In this document: positions 24,131 through 37,985 of the stretch, in pieces
Layout: every line of letters begins with the position of its first letter
Numbering within the stretch: position 1 is the stretch's first letter
From: Psilocybe cubensis
Lineage: Eukaryota
Length of the DNA: 64,000 nt
Reading direction: 5' to 3'
NCBI GenBank assembly: GCA_017499595.2
Contig: CM039008.1
Location: 2,790,001-2,854,000, forward strand
Made by a program: the position numbers and the translations under genes
Notes under the pieces: model-generated
What the model was told of the DNA's origin: nothing
Databases searched by the model: none
What the model saw: the letters and a program-made list of their open reading frames with translations, nothing else

Positions 24131-24619
24131 ATGGATTTCTTGAAGAAGGTCGCTAACGAAGTCGAGAGCGCCACCAAGAACCAGGCCGGCAGCACCTCCG
24201 AGTCGAATGGAAAGACCGAGAACCAGAGCAATCCCACAACTGCCGTGCTCGGTGCTCTCAACAATGCGCTTGGAGGAGGTGCCCAGGGGGAGAAGAAAGA
24301 AGGTGCGCTCTCCTACTTTTATACATCTTGACTGCGAATGATTGACGCGATTCAAATCTATGCAGACTTGCTTGACAAAGGTACATACACATAACCCACC
24401 TTACTGCTTCCAACGCATATATCTCACCGTCGCTATTCGTTATCCTACTCTTGTCCAGCCATCGACCTTGTCCAGGAGCACGTCTTGAAGGCGGGTGACC
24501 AGTCCAACGAATCGGCCATTGAGCAAGCCAAGGACGCGCAGATCGCGAGCGCTATTCGTACCGGTTATAAGACCGTCACTGGAAAGGAGTTCCCTATCTC
24601 TGAGTCCCAGAAATCATAA
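24131..24619 (+). CDS. Small hydrophilic conserved fungal protein (family often annotated DNA damage-responsive protein 48-like)
   Basis: Three exons: MDFLKKVANE...GGGAQGEKKE / DLLDK / AIDLVQEHVLKAGDQSNESAIEQAKDAQIASAIRTGYKTVTGKEFPI. Family recognised from memory. Confidence 0.75.
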
Positions 24620-25797
24620 ATAAATTATGGACGTGAATGGACAGAGCGTTGAGGTAGTGTACTTAGTATGTGCAGTTAATTCTCAATGGACCTCAATTTA
24701 GAACATGTACGCATGCAATGACGCTGACATTGGACGAAGGAGATAGTATCGTAGTTGACGATCATGAGGTCAGACTGGAAGGGGAGGCGCTGCCGCAAAA
24801 GTCGAGATCCCTCCAAGGCTGGGATAATGATTTTTTCCACTAGAGGCCCTGGACGGGTGCAGCGGGTAACCCCTTTGATTACCTCCACACTCATACACGC
24901 CAGAAATTGTGTCCTATAACTCCAATAGGACCATATCTACGATGTTGACCAATCCTTCAAAATGCAAACCAGGTCTATGTCTTCACGACGTTCTGGCCCG
25001 TCTCTCCCGGAATGCAATGCCTTCAAACCCGTACATCAATGTACTCCGAAGCCTCATGACATATATTGTAGCTATTCTTATATCGATAAGGCGCGTAGAC
25101 GTGGCTTGAAATTTTTAAATATATATCCAATCGGACTGTGGGCGTCAGCGTTATTTCAACGAATGGTTGGATTGATATCTAGATAGCAATGAATCATTCT
25201 TCCAACTGCGTATTTATCTATACTTTAAGAGGATGACCATGGATATGAAAAATAGCCTCTTTCAGATGTGAGAAGTATGTGATGGGTGTTGTTGATGGTC
25301 GTTGGCTGGTATCCGACGAACGAAACGGGCATTTAGTTCAATTTCCGCAACGAGAAAATGAAATACGAGAAGACATCGTCAGCTGTATGGTAGTAATAAA
25401 ATACAGTAATGAAGAGATTATATGAGAGAGCTAGTTGATTGTCGATAAATATCGTAATTCTAGAGAAACAGAGCACCACACCCTTCAAGCTTCGTGGTAA
25501 ATGGCTATCAGGGGTATATCTGACCTTGAATTCGGCAGTATGTTTGCCGAACAAAAATCAGTAACCATCAACATAGACGCAACATCTACATCTGAGATTT
25601 CTCCAACTTGGAAAAAGAAGAAAAATAGCCGCAAACATCGAGTCAAGCTGAGTGAGGGTAAGGTTTACCTATAAGTAGTGTGTAATGCAGGATTTTTCGA
25701 TTGCGTAACTGGTCATTTCACCTTCTATCGTGGACCGCTCGCGCATCAAGAGTAAACAGCATTATACGCAACACTTGGAGTTGGAGGGCACCTATCA

Positions 25798-27641
25798 ATG
25801 GCAAATACTGTAGCGTATTTTATATTTATGGGAGTATGTTGGGCGATCTTCAAACTGTTACGCATTGGACGCCGTGAAGATACGCTCCCTCCGGGTCCAC
25901 CGACTGTCCCAATCCTTGGAAACGCCCACCTTCTTCCAACGAAGTATCCATTTGTTAAGTAAGCATTATTTTTTTGAATATTTACGGTGGCTACTCAACG
26001 TTTCTTTAGACTGGCGGAGTGGGGTAAAGACTACGATGGAATTTTCTCGGTGAGAAAGATTTTGATTCAACGCGACAGGGAATCGGTTATAATTGTGATA
26101 CTTGCGGATAGCTCAAAGTCGCAAATGGGACCGCTGAGTTCGCCTCCCGCCCAGCGTTTTCAGGTATGGATGCAGTAACTGGTGGCCGATATTTTTTAAC
26201 CGCGTCTCCTGGTACGTATATTGAGTTGCATGGATCTCAAAAGATACTTAAGCCCAGTGGATAGATAGTCACCTTTGGAAAACTAGTAGACAGGCCATAA
26301 AATCTCTGTTATCTCCTCAAGCAGTCCAGAAATACTATCCCCTTGTAGACGCAGAAACAACCCAACTAATGTATGACATTTTACACAAACCAGAGGTAAG
26401 GACATTCCCGCAGCTTTTTTGGTTGTATTATCGTCATCTTATACAATGAACAAGGCGTTCTACGACCACATCACCCGCCTGACTCTCTCATTCATGACCT
26501 CTATCGTCTTTGGTCAGCGCACTCCAAGACATGATTCTCCTGTGGCAGTCGCTTTCAGGAAGTACATCGAACAGTTTTTCAGAGTGTTCTCCCCTGAAGC
26601 ACCTCCCGTGGATTTTATTCCTGCTCTTATGTACGTTCCAGAGAGGTGGGCGCCTTACAAAAAACTCTGGAGAGAATCCAGAATTATGCAGCGGAATCTG
26701 TATTTTGGATTGCTAATTGAGGCTGAGAAGCGTAAAAATGAAGGTTTGAATGAGTGTTTTGTAACAAGCCTGTTGGATCAACAGATTGAGCTTGGATTGG
26801 ATCGTGAAACTATTGTGTATGTCTATTTCTCAGTATCAACCCCTGTTCACATACTGAATCCTCATGTCCCTTCTGTTTGTATTATGAAGTTACATTGGCG
26901 GCGCACTATTGGATGGGGGAGCGGAGACGACTTCATCATTTCTTCAAAATTTCGTTCTCTGCCTCGTCAAGTTTCCAGCAGTATTACGGAAGGCGCAACT
27001 TGAGGTCGATACTGTCGTTGGAGAAAGGATTCCAGATTACAATGATATCAAATCCTTGCCTTATGTTCAAGCTATCATAAAAGAGGTTTGGAGTACGAGT
27101 CTTCACGTTTATCCACGTTCACTTAATCCTGCATTTGTAGACACATCGCTTACTTCCCATCGCACCTACAGCCATGCCACATGCATCGCCCAACGATTGT
27201 GAGGTACGTGATTGATACTTCATTCGAACGAGGAATTGGGTTTATTTGAATAGTATCGAGGATTTGTAATCCCGAAGTATACCCCTGTTCTCTTCAATGT
27301 GTGTGAGTAATGAACGCTACTAGTAGTGTCACTATTTTAACGTCATTTCGCGTTTAATTAGTTGGTATATGTCGCGACCCAAGTAAAGGTTCAATTTTAT
27401 AATTTTCGATTTGCACTGATGCACTTGCACGGTCTCAGATCTATATGAACGCCCTGATGAATTTTGGCCTGAGCGATATATCTTGTCACCCGATGGGACT
27501 AAACCCGGACTTCCTGAGGATATGAGTCACGTTCGCACATCAGTTCCCTTTGGAAGTGGCAAGGTAAGCTTGAAGTTATGGCTGATATGAGGGTCTCTGT
27601 ATTAAAGGTGACACAAGAGACTATGTCCTGTGCATGTCTGA
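25798..27641 (+). pseudogene. Cytochrome P450 copy 2, internally deleted and C-terminally truncated
   Basis: Same intron layout as its paralogs. About 18 codons (IVVVSD...LLDDRS) are missing in exon 3 (LKVANGT|AEFASRP). The heme exon reads RLCPVHV-stop and the last exons are absent. Confidence 0.85.
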
Positions 27642-28665
27642 CCAAGGTTTCCAGTCAACCGGAAATCGTAAAAAGTTCGCGTTATTAACCGAGTTTGATG
27701 ATCAGCGAATATGCTCGTAAATGAAATTTCGGTTTACAAGACATATCGGATAAAATTTACAAAGGTTGCAAAAAATCTCCGTGATTGAGTTCGGGAGCCT
27801 TCTGGCGGATTCATAGATGTGCCTCGGCGTAGTTTTCCACGTCTATACGCAGCTTCTTGGTAGTTTATGAAAATTTCAGATGAAAACCAAACGAATGGAT
27901 CTCTAAATGCTTCCGCGATATTAATTAAATGGACCCGAATTCAGACCTTTTATCCGTGCGAAGACTCTGTCGTTGCCGGAAGTGGACAATCTCCTTGCTG
28001 GAATTATGGTGAATGAACCGAGAAGGCTGGGGCTGTGCAGCGTGCGGTGATAGAACGGCCGGGTTTCAATCTGTCATCAAAATCAGCTAGGTAATGTAAT
28101 TTACACAAAGAATATTGCATCCAACATCGAAGCTCGTCCAAATCTGTATATTGTTTGAGCAGCAATTAAACGGAAAATGGGTTTCTGTATTTCATTGTAG
28201 ATAACTATCGAGAAAATATGATGACAAGATAGATCGTAACTATACTGTCCTCAAGCACATGTTCCAATTATTTTTACACCGAGCCGACATACGCTTAAAA
28301 TAGCGCCAATCCGTACCCTTACTCTTATATAAATAGTACCGTTCCGTAGCTTCAACACACGCAGTCGGATTTTGAATATCCCCGGTTTTATTGTCGGAGA
28401 CAAGAAAACCAAATCGTTCTTCCAGGGACGTCAATTACAATGGTATGTCAATAATTCTTTACATTGCAACATACCAACAGGAGTCGATTCATGATTGTGC
28501 ATATTTCGACTTACTGGCTGTACCAAGCTATGCTTATCGATATTTTAATAGCTACAAGTACAAACCATGAGTTTGCCTGCTGCTTCAGATGTATAAGTAC
28601 ACGTAGAAAAACATCGACACATTCGCCCACCATTTCTACCGATTTTGACTTATTAACCCCTCTGG

Positions 28666-30911
28666 ATGGCAAATATGATATCGCTTGCGGTAGCATTTGT
28701 AGCTGCCTGGGTTATCTACAAGCTGCTATGCTTCGGGCGTCGAGAAGATACGCTCCCTCCTGGTCCACCGACCATACCAATCCTCGGCAATGCTCATTTA
28801 CTTCCTAGGAAATTCCCATTTATTAAGTACGCATTACTTCTTGGCTTCTTGCAACAGCAGTTTTCTGACATAAAGATGTTTAGGTTGGCAGAAATGGCTA
28901 AAGACTATGACGGGATATTTTCGGTGTGTAGATCTCATTGTAAATGCTGAATTCTCTGATTATTATGTTCTAAAAGCTTAAAGTCACAAACGGGACAATC
29001 GTCGTCGTGTCGAATATGAAAACTTGCAAGGAACTCTTGGATGACCGTAGTGCCGAGTTTTCCTCGCGTCCCGCGTTTGCGGGTATGGACATTGTGACCG
29101 GTGGCAGATACTTCGCCACGGCTCCCGCACGTGAGTCTCTCTCAGCTGCGCTAGAGACACGCTTTCTCATTGGCGAACAGACAGCTTTTTCTGGAAGCTA
29201 TGTAAAAAAGTTATTCATCCTCTAGTGTCTCCGCAAGGAGTCCAGATGTACCACCCTCTCGCTGACGAAGAAACAACACAATTATTATACGATATCTTGC
29301 ATAATCCAGAGGTATTCTATACACTTGCGCCAGTATAAATCATGTCACTGACCTCTTAGTTAGTGTTTCTACGATCACATTACCCGCTCAACTCTCTCGT
29401 TCATAACATCCGTGGTTTTTGGACAAAGAACGCCAAAGTATAATTCTCCTGTTGCAGTATCCTTTATGAAATATATGGAGGTATTCAAGAAGGTATTTTC
29501 CCCCGAGTCAGCTCCGGTTGACTTCATTCCTGCCCTCTTGTACGTGCCCGAGCGTTGGGCACCATGGAAAAAAATGTGGAAGGAGACACGAGAATTGCAG
29601 CAGTCTCTCTACTTTAACATGTTTAAAGACGTAATCCAGGGCCAAAGGAATGGGATGTATGGCGACTGTTTTGTTGCAAAAGTTATAGAACAACAGGAAG
29701 AACTTGGTTTGGATCAAGAAACTATGGCGTATGTCCACCCCCATAACCAAGTTATAACCAATACTCAATTTTACTCTGAATTTGAAGATACATCGGTGGC
29801 ATTCTGTTGGATGGTGGAGCAGAAACAACTGCGTCATTGATACAGAATCTTGTCCTCTGTGTCACTAAATTTCCCGCTGCTTTACAGAAAGCTCAAATGG
29901 AGATTGATAGCGTGGTTGGAGAAAGACTTCCAGATTTCCGTGACATCAAAGATCTGCCATATGTTCAAGCTCTCATCAGAGAGGTAAATTATTTCATTTA
30001 CATTTATATACCCAATTGCATTAAGCATTCATTCCCCTGATCCTAGACCCATCGTCTCCTTCCTACTGCCCCAACTGCAGTGCCGCATGCGTCAGTTAAT
30101 GACTGTGAGGTAAGAACTTTACTTTTGTATTTTTAATGAAGCACTCAGTAATGATATGAATAGTATCGAGGGTATCTAATACCCAAAAACACCCCCGTCC
30201 TCTTCAACATCTGTGAGTATAATTCATAATTGAGGTCAAATCCTCAGCACTGACATTAATGTCAACTCCCATCAAGATGGTATTTGCCGTGACCCCGGTA
30301 ACTGAAGCTTCCTGTACAGAATATGCACTCTCTACTAATTTGATCATAATAATATAGAACTTTATGACCGACCAGACGAATTCTGGCCAGACAGATACCT
30401 ATTGTCTCCTGATGGAACGAGACCCGGACTACCTGAGAGTATGAGTGGCGTACGCGCAACCCTACCTTTTGGTAGCGGAAAGGTCAGTGATATCGCAGTT
30501 ACAATAATCTTTCTTGTATTAATGTTGACATTCGAAATTCAAGAGGATTTGCCCCGGGATGCATCTTGCTAATGCAAATACTGTTAGTCTTATCCTTTGA
30601 ATATGCTCTTCAATGCTCTGAATAGTAGTGTATACTCTAGAACCTGGCCATCATGCGACTTCTCTGGGCATTTGACTTTGCAGCTGCTGATGGTTCTCTC
30701 TCGATGACTCCACAATTGAATATAGAAAAGGAACATTGCGATGTGAGTCTTCACCTATATTACAATTTAATCAATCTACAATTCAGATTCAAACCACCTT
30801 CAGGGAGTAACATTGACCCCAAAACCATTTCAATGCAAAATTACACCACGCAGCGAGATGAAAAAAGAGATCATCGAGACAGCGTACAGGCAACTCGTAC
30901 CTCTTGCCTAA
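28666..30911 (+). CDS. Cytochrome P450 copy 3, apparently intact
   Basis: [52 protein letters not shown]. Stop TAA 30909-30911. Confidence 0.88.
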
Positions 30912-31122
30912 CCTATGCATAGATTTCACGATTTTTATCACTACAAGAATGTGCTTTAGACGCAACTATAATCTTTCCAGAATTCAGAATACGGTATTAG
31001 ATTATACAATGTTCTCTAATCACTTTGGAAGCCTTGACACTATCCCGGTGAACTCCGTTTCGGACATTTGATGCCGAATATCGCTTCAATCGGAGTCCAA
31101 ATCTTTGTTTAGGAAGCGGAGT

Positions 31123-31351
31123 CACTGCCGGCGACGACTACTGTAAGTTAAACAAACAGCGATTGTTTTACATGTTTTATGTATGTTCAGCTGTAAGTTC
31201 GACATACATCATGACTTACACTCAAATAATTTCCATAAAAGGCGATTATTTGAGTGTAAGTAGACTGTATGTTGAACTTACAGCTGAACTTACATAAAAC
31301 ATGTAAAACAATGGCTGTTTGTTCAACTTACAGCAGTCATCGCCCGCAGTG
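31123..31351. mobile_element. Short CACTG-ended MITE related to the 15026 element
   Basis: CACTGCCGGCGACGACTACTGTAAGTTAAACAAACAGC...GCTGTTTGTTCAACTTACAGCAGTCATCGCCCGCAGTG. Shares the CTGTAAGTT(A/C) motifs. No matching TSD (AGT versus TCG). Confidence 0.8.
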
Positions 31352-31421
31352 TCGACAAATACCTCTCATAACAATTGCATTTCTTCATTAATCTACCAAC
31401 ATCAGCTTCAAATCTGACCCA

Positions 31422-32777
31422 TTACTGTAGTTGACCGCCAAAACTATCTCTGAGAGATTTGTACGATTTTTCAATGATGGATGCTTTCCTTGTGCTGCGT
31501 GGCGTAATTTTGCATTGGAATGGTTTTGCGCTCAACGTAATACCCTGTTTATTGTTTACATGAACTAACTCGGGGGCACTCCTTATCAAAGTGGACACTC
31601 ACGTCAACAAATTCATTCTCAATATCCCATTTTGGCGTCGAAGGGGCGGGACTATCAATAGAAACGAAGTCGAATGCCCAGAGAAGACGCATGACAGCCA
31701 GATTCTAAAGTAAACAAAAGTTTGAAAGTCAAAATAGCAAGTAGTCGAGCATATGATTTACAATGTTGGTATTAGCAAGATGCATTCCAGGACATAACCT
31801 CTTAACAACTTGTTAATATAAAAAACGCTATTGTTATTGCGATTAAACTGACCTTTCCACTTCCGAAGGGCAGTGTTGTACGAGTGTAACCCGTACCATC
31901 GGGTAGTCCCGACATAGTACCATCTGGCGATAGCAGATACCTCTCAGGCCAGAATTCCTCAGGTCGTTCATAGAGCTCTAAGTCACGATCTCGTCAGTAC
32001 AAACTGAAAGGCATAACAAGAAGGTTAAATTGTACTTGGATCCCGACATATCCCAACTGGATGACAGTTACATTAAGTTAACATTGGCGATATAACTCAG
32101 TTTCAAGCACTATGACTCACAGACATTGATGAGAATGGGTGTTTTTCTGGGGATGATATATTCTCGATACTATTCAGATTATTGTGAGCACGATGTGTCT
32201 TGGTAATAGAGAAAAGGGTCAGGATATCACCTCCGAGTCATCAACAGAAGCGTGCGGGATGGAGGTCGGCGCAGTGGGCAGGAAGCGATGAGTCTGATAG
32301 TGACAAAGGTGAATTCAACGGAGTTCAGATACATTCCAAGTAAGTAACGCACCTCTTTGATGATGGCTTGAACATAGGGCATGGATTTTATATCGTTGGA
32401 ATCTGGAAGTCTGTCTCCAACGGCATTATCCACCTCAGCTTGGGCTTTCTTTAATACCGATGGGTATTTCACCAGACATAGAACGAGATTCTGCAAAAAT
32501 GAGGCAGTAGTCTCTGCCCCTCCATCTAAAAGGACCCCGCAGATGTACCTGTGCACAATGAAATGAAACAAAGTTGGGCACAGACAAATGATTGAACTTG
32601 TTCGGACATACACAATGGTATCACGTTCCAGTGCTAGATCTTCTTGCTGTTCCAACATCTTCGCAGCGAAGCACTCGTCGATCATTCCCGCTCTCCTCCG
32701 CCTCTCAACCTCGCGAAATAGTTTGAAATAAAGAGCACACTGCATAGCTTGTGTCTTCTTCCACATTTTCTTCCACG
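31422..32777 (-). pseudogene. Inverted, 5'-truncated cytochrome P450 copy 4 (close paralog of copy 5)
   Basis: Homology starts abruptly at WKKMWKKTQAMQ, then continues through DGGAETT, KETHR, PERY and FGSGKRLCPG to a stop at 31422. The N-terminal half is missing. Confidence 0.87.
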
Positions 32778-33217
32778 CTAAATTCCAACCCGTAGACAGA
32801 CGCGTGACGTATGCCCTCGGCGTGGCCAACAAATTTTCGTTCTTACTTTCGCCCATACGCAACATCGACAATCAGCGTACGAGAGTATTGGTTTCCATCA
32901 CAAGTCGTAAACAGGAAGCCTATTGTGTTGAGAATGGGAATGACGGATAGCGCCGCCATGTATGTACGTTATGAAAATCAGCCAATTTTTTCAATTGTAC
33001 ACTATTACAGCATTTCCCCCTGAAGTCCCTCGAAACGCATCTATTTCGTGTCAACGCCTAGCGACATCCGTTGAACCGTGAGTAATAAAATCGTTTGCGG
33101 TGTAATTATAAGAAGGCTAAGAAGAGCCATTGGCATGCTCAGCAATTCCCCTGCGTTCAAGCATTTGACTCAGCTGTAGGCAGTGCGATTGCGAGCAACA
33201 TTCGTTCTAATTTCCCG

Positions 33218-35462
33218 ATGACAGACATCATAACGGTCGCTGGATTTTTTGGCGTTGCTTGGTTGATCTTCAAAATTATACGTTTCGGTCGTCGGGAAGA
33301 TACGCTTCCTCCAGGTCCACCCACCATCCCGATCCTGGGTAACGCCCACCTCCTTCCCACAAAGTTTCCCTTTATCAAGCAAGTATAATTTTCTTGGGCT
33401 CTTATGGCGGTGTTCTAATGTGCGTTCAGATTTGCAGAGTGGGGCAAAGACTATGACGGTATTTTTTCGGTACGCACATCCTTGCGAAATGATCACTAAG
33501 GGATGTTGACTTATGTTTTCTATTGAAAGATCAAAGTCACGAACGGAACAATTGTTGTAGTTTCCGATATGAGAACGGTCAAGGAACTCTTGGACGACCG
33601 CAGCGCCGAGTTCGCCTCTCGTCCTGCGTTTTCGGGTATGGATGCAGTAACTGGTGGTCGTTACTTTGTAACGGCTCCTGCTGGTGTGTCTTTTTGCATT
33701 GTGGCTACATTTTTGTTAAATAATATAAACAAAATAGAGAGCCACTACTGGAAAATAAGCCGAAAGGTCATCCAACCACTGGTATCGCCTCAAGCAGTCC
33801 AGAAGTATCATCCTCTTGCAGACATGGAGACAACACAATTGTTGTACGACATCTTGCATAAACCTGAGGTATGCATGAACAAATATTTTCATCAACATAG
33901 TTACTTACACCCATTACTAGGCCTTTTACGACCATATCACGCGCTCAACACTTTCGTTTATAACGTCCGTGGTCTTTGGACAACGCACCCCCAAGCATGA
34001 CTCCCCTATTGCACTTTCCTTTAGGGAGTACATCGAACAATTTTCCAGAGTGTTCTCCCCTGAATCAGCCCCCGTGGATTTCATTCCTGCTCTTATGTAT
34101 GTGCCGGAGAGGTGGGCACCATGGAAGAAGATGTGGAAGGAAACACAAGCCATGCAACATGCTCTATATTTTAAACTTTTTGGAGAGGTCGAGAAGCGCA
34201 AGCGAGCTGGCATGAATGACGAGTGCTTCGTTGCAAATATGTTGGAACGGCAAGAGGAACTGGCGCTTGAACGTGATACTATTGCGTACGTCAACCATTG
34301 CTCGATCATTAATTGAGGCTTACGTTTTTATTTTCATTTGTACAAAGATACATTTGTGGGGTCCTTTTAGATGGCGGAGCGGAGACGACTGCCTCATTTT
34401 TGCAGAATCTCATTCTCTGCCTGGTGAAATCCCCAGCGGTATTAAAGAAAGCCCAAATGGAGGTGGATAGCGTCGTTGGAGATAGACTTCCGGATTTCAA
34501 TGATATCAAATCTATGCCTTATGTTCAAGCCGTCATCAAGGAGGTGCGTTGCTTACTTGGAATCTATCTGGATCCCTTTGAATTCACATTTTTGACCACC
34601 AGACTCATCGCTTCCTACCCACCGCACCAACTGCCATCCCGCACGCATCTGTTGATGATTCTGAGGTGATATCCTGATCTTTTTCTATTACCACGACACA
34701 TTTTGTTTACAATCATCTGAATAGTATCGAGGATATATCATCCCGAAGAAAACCCCTGTTCTCATCAATGTTTGTGAGTAATAGTGCTAATAACCAAGTT
34801 CTACTGCGAAGGTTTACTCAGATTAAATACCACCCAGTTGGGATATGCCGTGACCCTAGTACGCTTTACGTTTTCCGTGAGGCCCTTCGGCTTGCACTGA
34901 TACGCTTGTGACTTCAGACCTTTATGAACGACCTGAAGACTTTTGGCCTGAGCGGTATCTGCTAGCGCCGGATGGTACTATTTCTGGACTGCCTGACGGT
35001 ATGGGATACGCCCGTACAACACTGTCCTTCGGAAGTGGCAAGGTTAGTTTAATCACAATAGCAATGCTGTTTTTTGTATTAATGAGTGCTCCAGAGGTTA
35101 TGCCCTGGGATGTACCTTGCGAATACCAACACTGTAAGCACGTTGAACTACCTATTATTTTAGCTTTCAGTCTGATTTCTACGTTAGAATCTAGCTGTCA
35201 TGCGTCTTCTCTGGGCATTTGACTTCGCCTCCATCGATTTTCCAGCCCCTTCGACACCAAAATGGGATATTGAGAATGAATTTATTGATGTAAGTATTCT
35301 GCTTTGATAAATGGTGCCCTCGAGTTGGTTCACGTAAATATTACACAGGGTATTACTTTGACCGCAAAACCATTCCCATGCAAAATTACGCCACGCAGCA
35401 CAGGGAAAGCATCCATAATCGAAGAATCGTACAATTTATGCATCACTTCTAATACTGCTTAG
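33218..35462 (+). CDS. Cytochrome P450 copy 5, apparently intact (first intron has a GC donor)
   Basis: [43 protein letters not shown]. First donor is AA|GCAAGT at the position where paralogs have GT. Stop TAG 35460-35462. Confidence 0.87.
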
Positions 35463-35838
35463 CTAATCCATTAGAACTAGTTTTGGTGGTCACGTAATGG
35501 GTCAGATTTGAATCTAATGTTTGTATATGAATGCAGAATATTCAATCGGTTTGACAGACATGTTGTTTTCAATGGTATGCAAGTGCATTGCTGTAGCGAC
35601 CTGTAGCGATACCTCTCCCGTGAGTCCGACCTGAGCTTCCTCTGACGCTATGACGCCGGTTTCTGTCCAGCCGACGAAGCCCAACTTCTGACGATATAAT
35701 TACATAACGGCCCGCATTCATGGACCCTTGTGATAGGGTTCCCCAAACATCGCTTCCATTTCTCCTCAAGTATGTCATGTGGTATATTCTCTGCACTGTA
35801 TAAGACCTGCACTGACCTAGTTTCTGAGGCCCGACGCA

Positions 35839-37985
35839 ATGTTCTTCTTGCTACGTGGTACTTTGTTCTTGCTGATTAACGGTTTAGCCCTTTTTGCTTT
35901 TTTTCTACCAGCTCAAGCCAAGTCGTCTCGTCAACAGTCTAAAAACTGTGTGCTCAAGCCATTGGGGCCGGGACATGATGATACAAACCAAGTATCTACA
36001 TAAACATTTATACTGCAAATGTGAACAAGAACTCAACACTTTGAATCACAGGTAGAGCAAGCAATAGCAAAATGCGGTCGCTATGGAACAACAACACTTG
36101 AACAGGGAGTCTTTAATATAACGAGGTATTATTACCATATATGTATGTCTCTAAATGCTGCTGAGATAGCACTGTTTACAGAAAGATGACTTGGGACCTG
36201 GTTTCTTCGAAAGTCAACCTCAGAGGATACTTAAGCGTATGCCACTATCGACCAAATTTCCATTACTCCATTTTTCAACTAAAAATTGCCCAAGTTCCCC
36301 TCAGATGTACAGTTTTGGCTGAATTCAACCAACACATACCGCGTTGTATTCATTCAGGCGTGTATACCTATGTTAATATGTGAATCGGTCATCTTAAATA
36401 TACACATTAGAGTCAGGCCTCATGGTTTGTCGTCACAGGATCAGACTTCGAGATTGATGCACATAACACCGGAGGGATTCAGGGAAACGGCCAGGTAAGC
36501 CCACTCGTCCCTGCTTTCAAGGTTATAAGCCACTTTTTTAATTCAACCGCAAGACTTGGTGGTCGTATTTTGCAACCCATACTCGTGAAGACGGTGACGG
36601 TAGACCTATTGCCCTGACTGTCTTCAACGCAACACGGGCGACAATTAAGAATTTCCGCATTGAATCACCTCCATTCTGGTCGAGCGCAGTTGCTCAATCG
36701 CAGGACGTAGTCTTCGATGGCATGTATATTAACGCAACAAACGAGGATCCCTTATATATTGGGAAGAAGTAGGCGCTTTCTTAAACTGCGACAACAAATA
36801 CTTGACTCCCTCTATCTTAGCATTGTTCCAAATACCGATGGTATGATTACCTGCTAGGACACCGTTCTATAGTGTGTTCACAAAATAGTCTAGGAATTGA
36901 TACCTATAGAAGCGACCGGGTCAGCCTAATTAACTGGGACGTCACCTGCGGTGACGATTGTCTAGCTTTAAAAGGAGTAAGAACTTTGTTATCACGTCTG
37001 TAAAAGCCAGCTGACATGCATATCAAAGAATTCCACAAATTTGATGATACGAAACATCACCTGTCGGGGAGGAAATGGGATAGCCATCGGATCCCTGGGT
37101 CAATACGCGGGCATGGTGAGTCACCAAATACTTTCCACTCGCTCGACTGGCTGAGAAACTTCATCATATCAGAATGATTACGTTCTTAACGTTGATATGG
37201 AGGACTTACGGGTATGGAACTTTGTCGTGAAAAATCCCATCCTAAGTACATATCTGCTTTTTAGATGATTCGTTTGGACCCAAATGTTCAGCCTAACATG
37301 GGCAGCGGGGTGAGCAGATATAAATCATGTTGCATACTATTAACATTTAATAAGTTTTCGGTTCACTTAAGGTGTACTTCAAAACATGGGACGGCACTGT
37401 GAATGGATCACCACCCACAGGAGGTGGGGGAGCAGGTGGTATGTCGGCATTCCACTGTTCTACAATTAAATAACAATAGAACATACAATCATGAAGGCCT
37501 GGTGCAAAATTTCTCTGTCCGACGTGTGAACGTGGACAGAGTAAATACCCCGATGAACATTCACCAGACAAACAACGCAAAAAGGCGAGTTTATTTCATA
37601 TAGATTGTATCGATTTTTGACGCAGTGCCTCAGCGGAGATGCTCCTTCCACCTTGATGTTCAAAGGGTTGCATTTCAGCGATTGGATGGGAACAGCAGCA
37701 ACCGACAAGGGTAGGCTCATTGATGTCTCCGCTTGTCCGTGGCACTGAAACTATGTTATTCACATAGTTGTTGACATTCAATGCAGCCCTGCCGCTGTTT
37801 GCGGTGACATTAGTTTCAATGGGTTTAACATTAGTACCGCTTCTGGTCAAGCACCGCAGTTCATCTGTCAAAATTCGTTTGATGTCGTTGGACTTCCTGG
37901 TAAGGTTTATTACGCTAATATGGTCGATTGCTGTATTAATCTGTGGAACAACTCAGCTCCTTGTAACTCCACCGGCCTCCCATGA
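35839..37985 (+). CDS. Secreted glycoside hydrolase family 28 (exo-polygalacturonase/rhamnogalacturonase-like), many introns
   Basis: Signal peptide MFFLLRGTLFLLINGLALFAFFLPAQA. Motifs DDT, GNGQ.WW, PPFWS, PNTDG, GDDCLALKG, CRGGNGIAIGSLGQY, VYFKTW. Confidence 0.87.
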
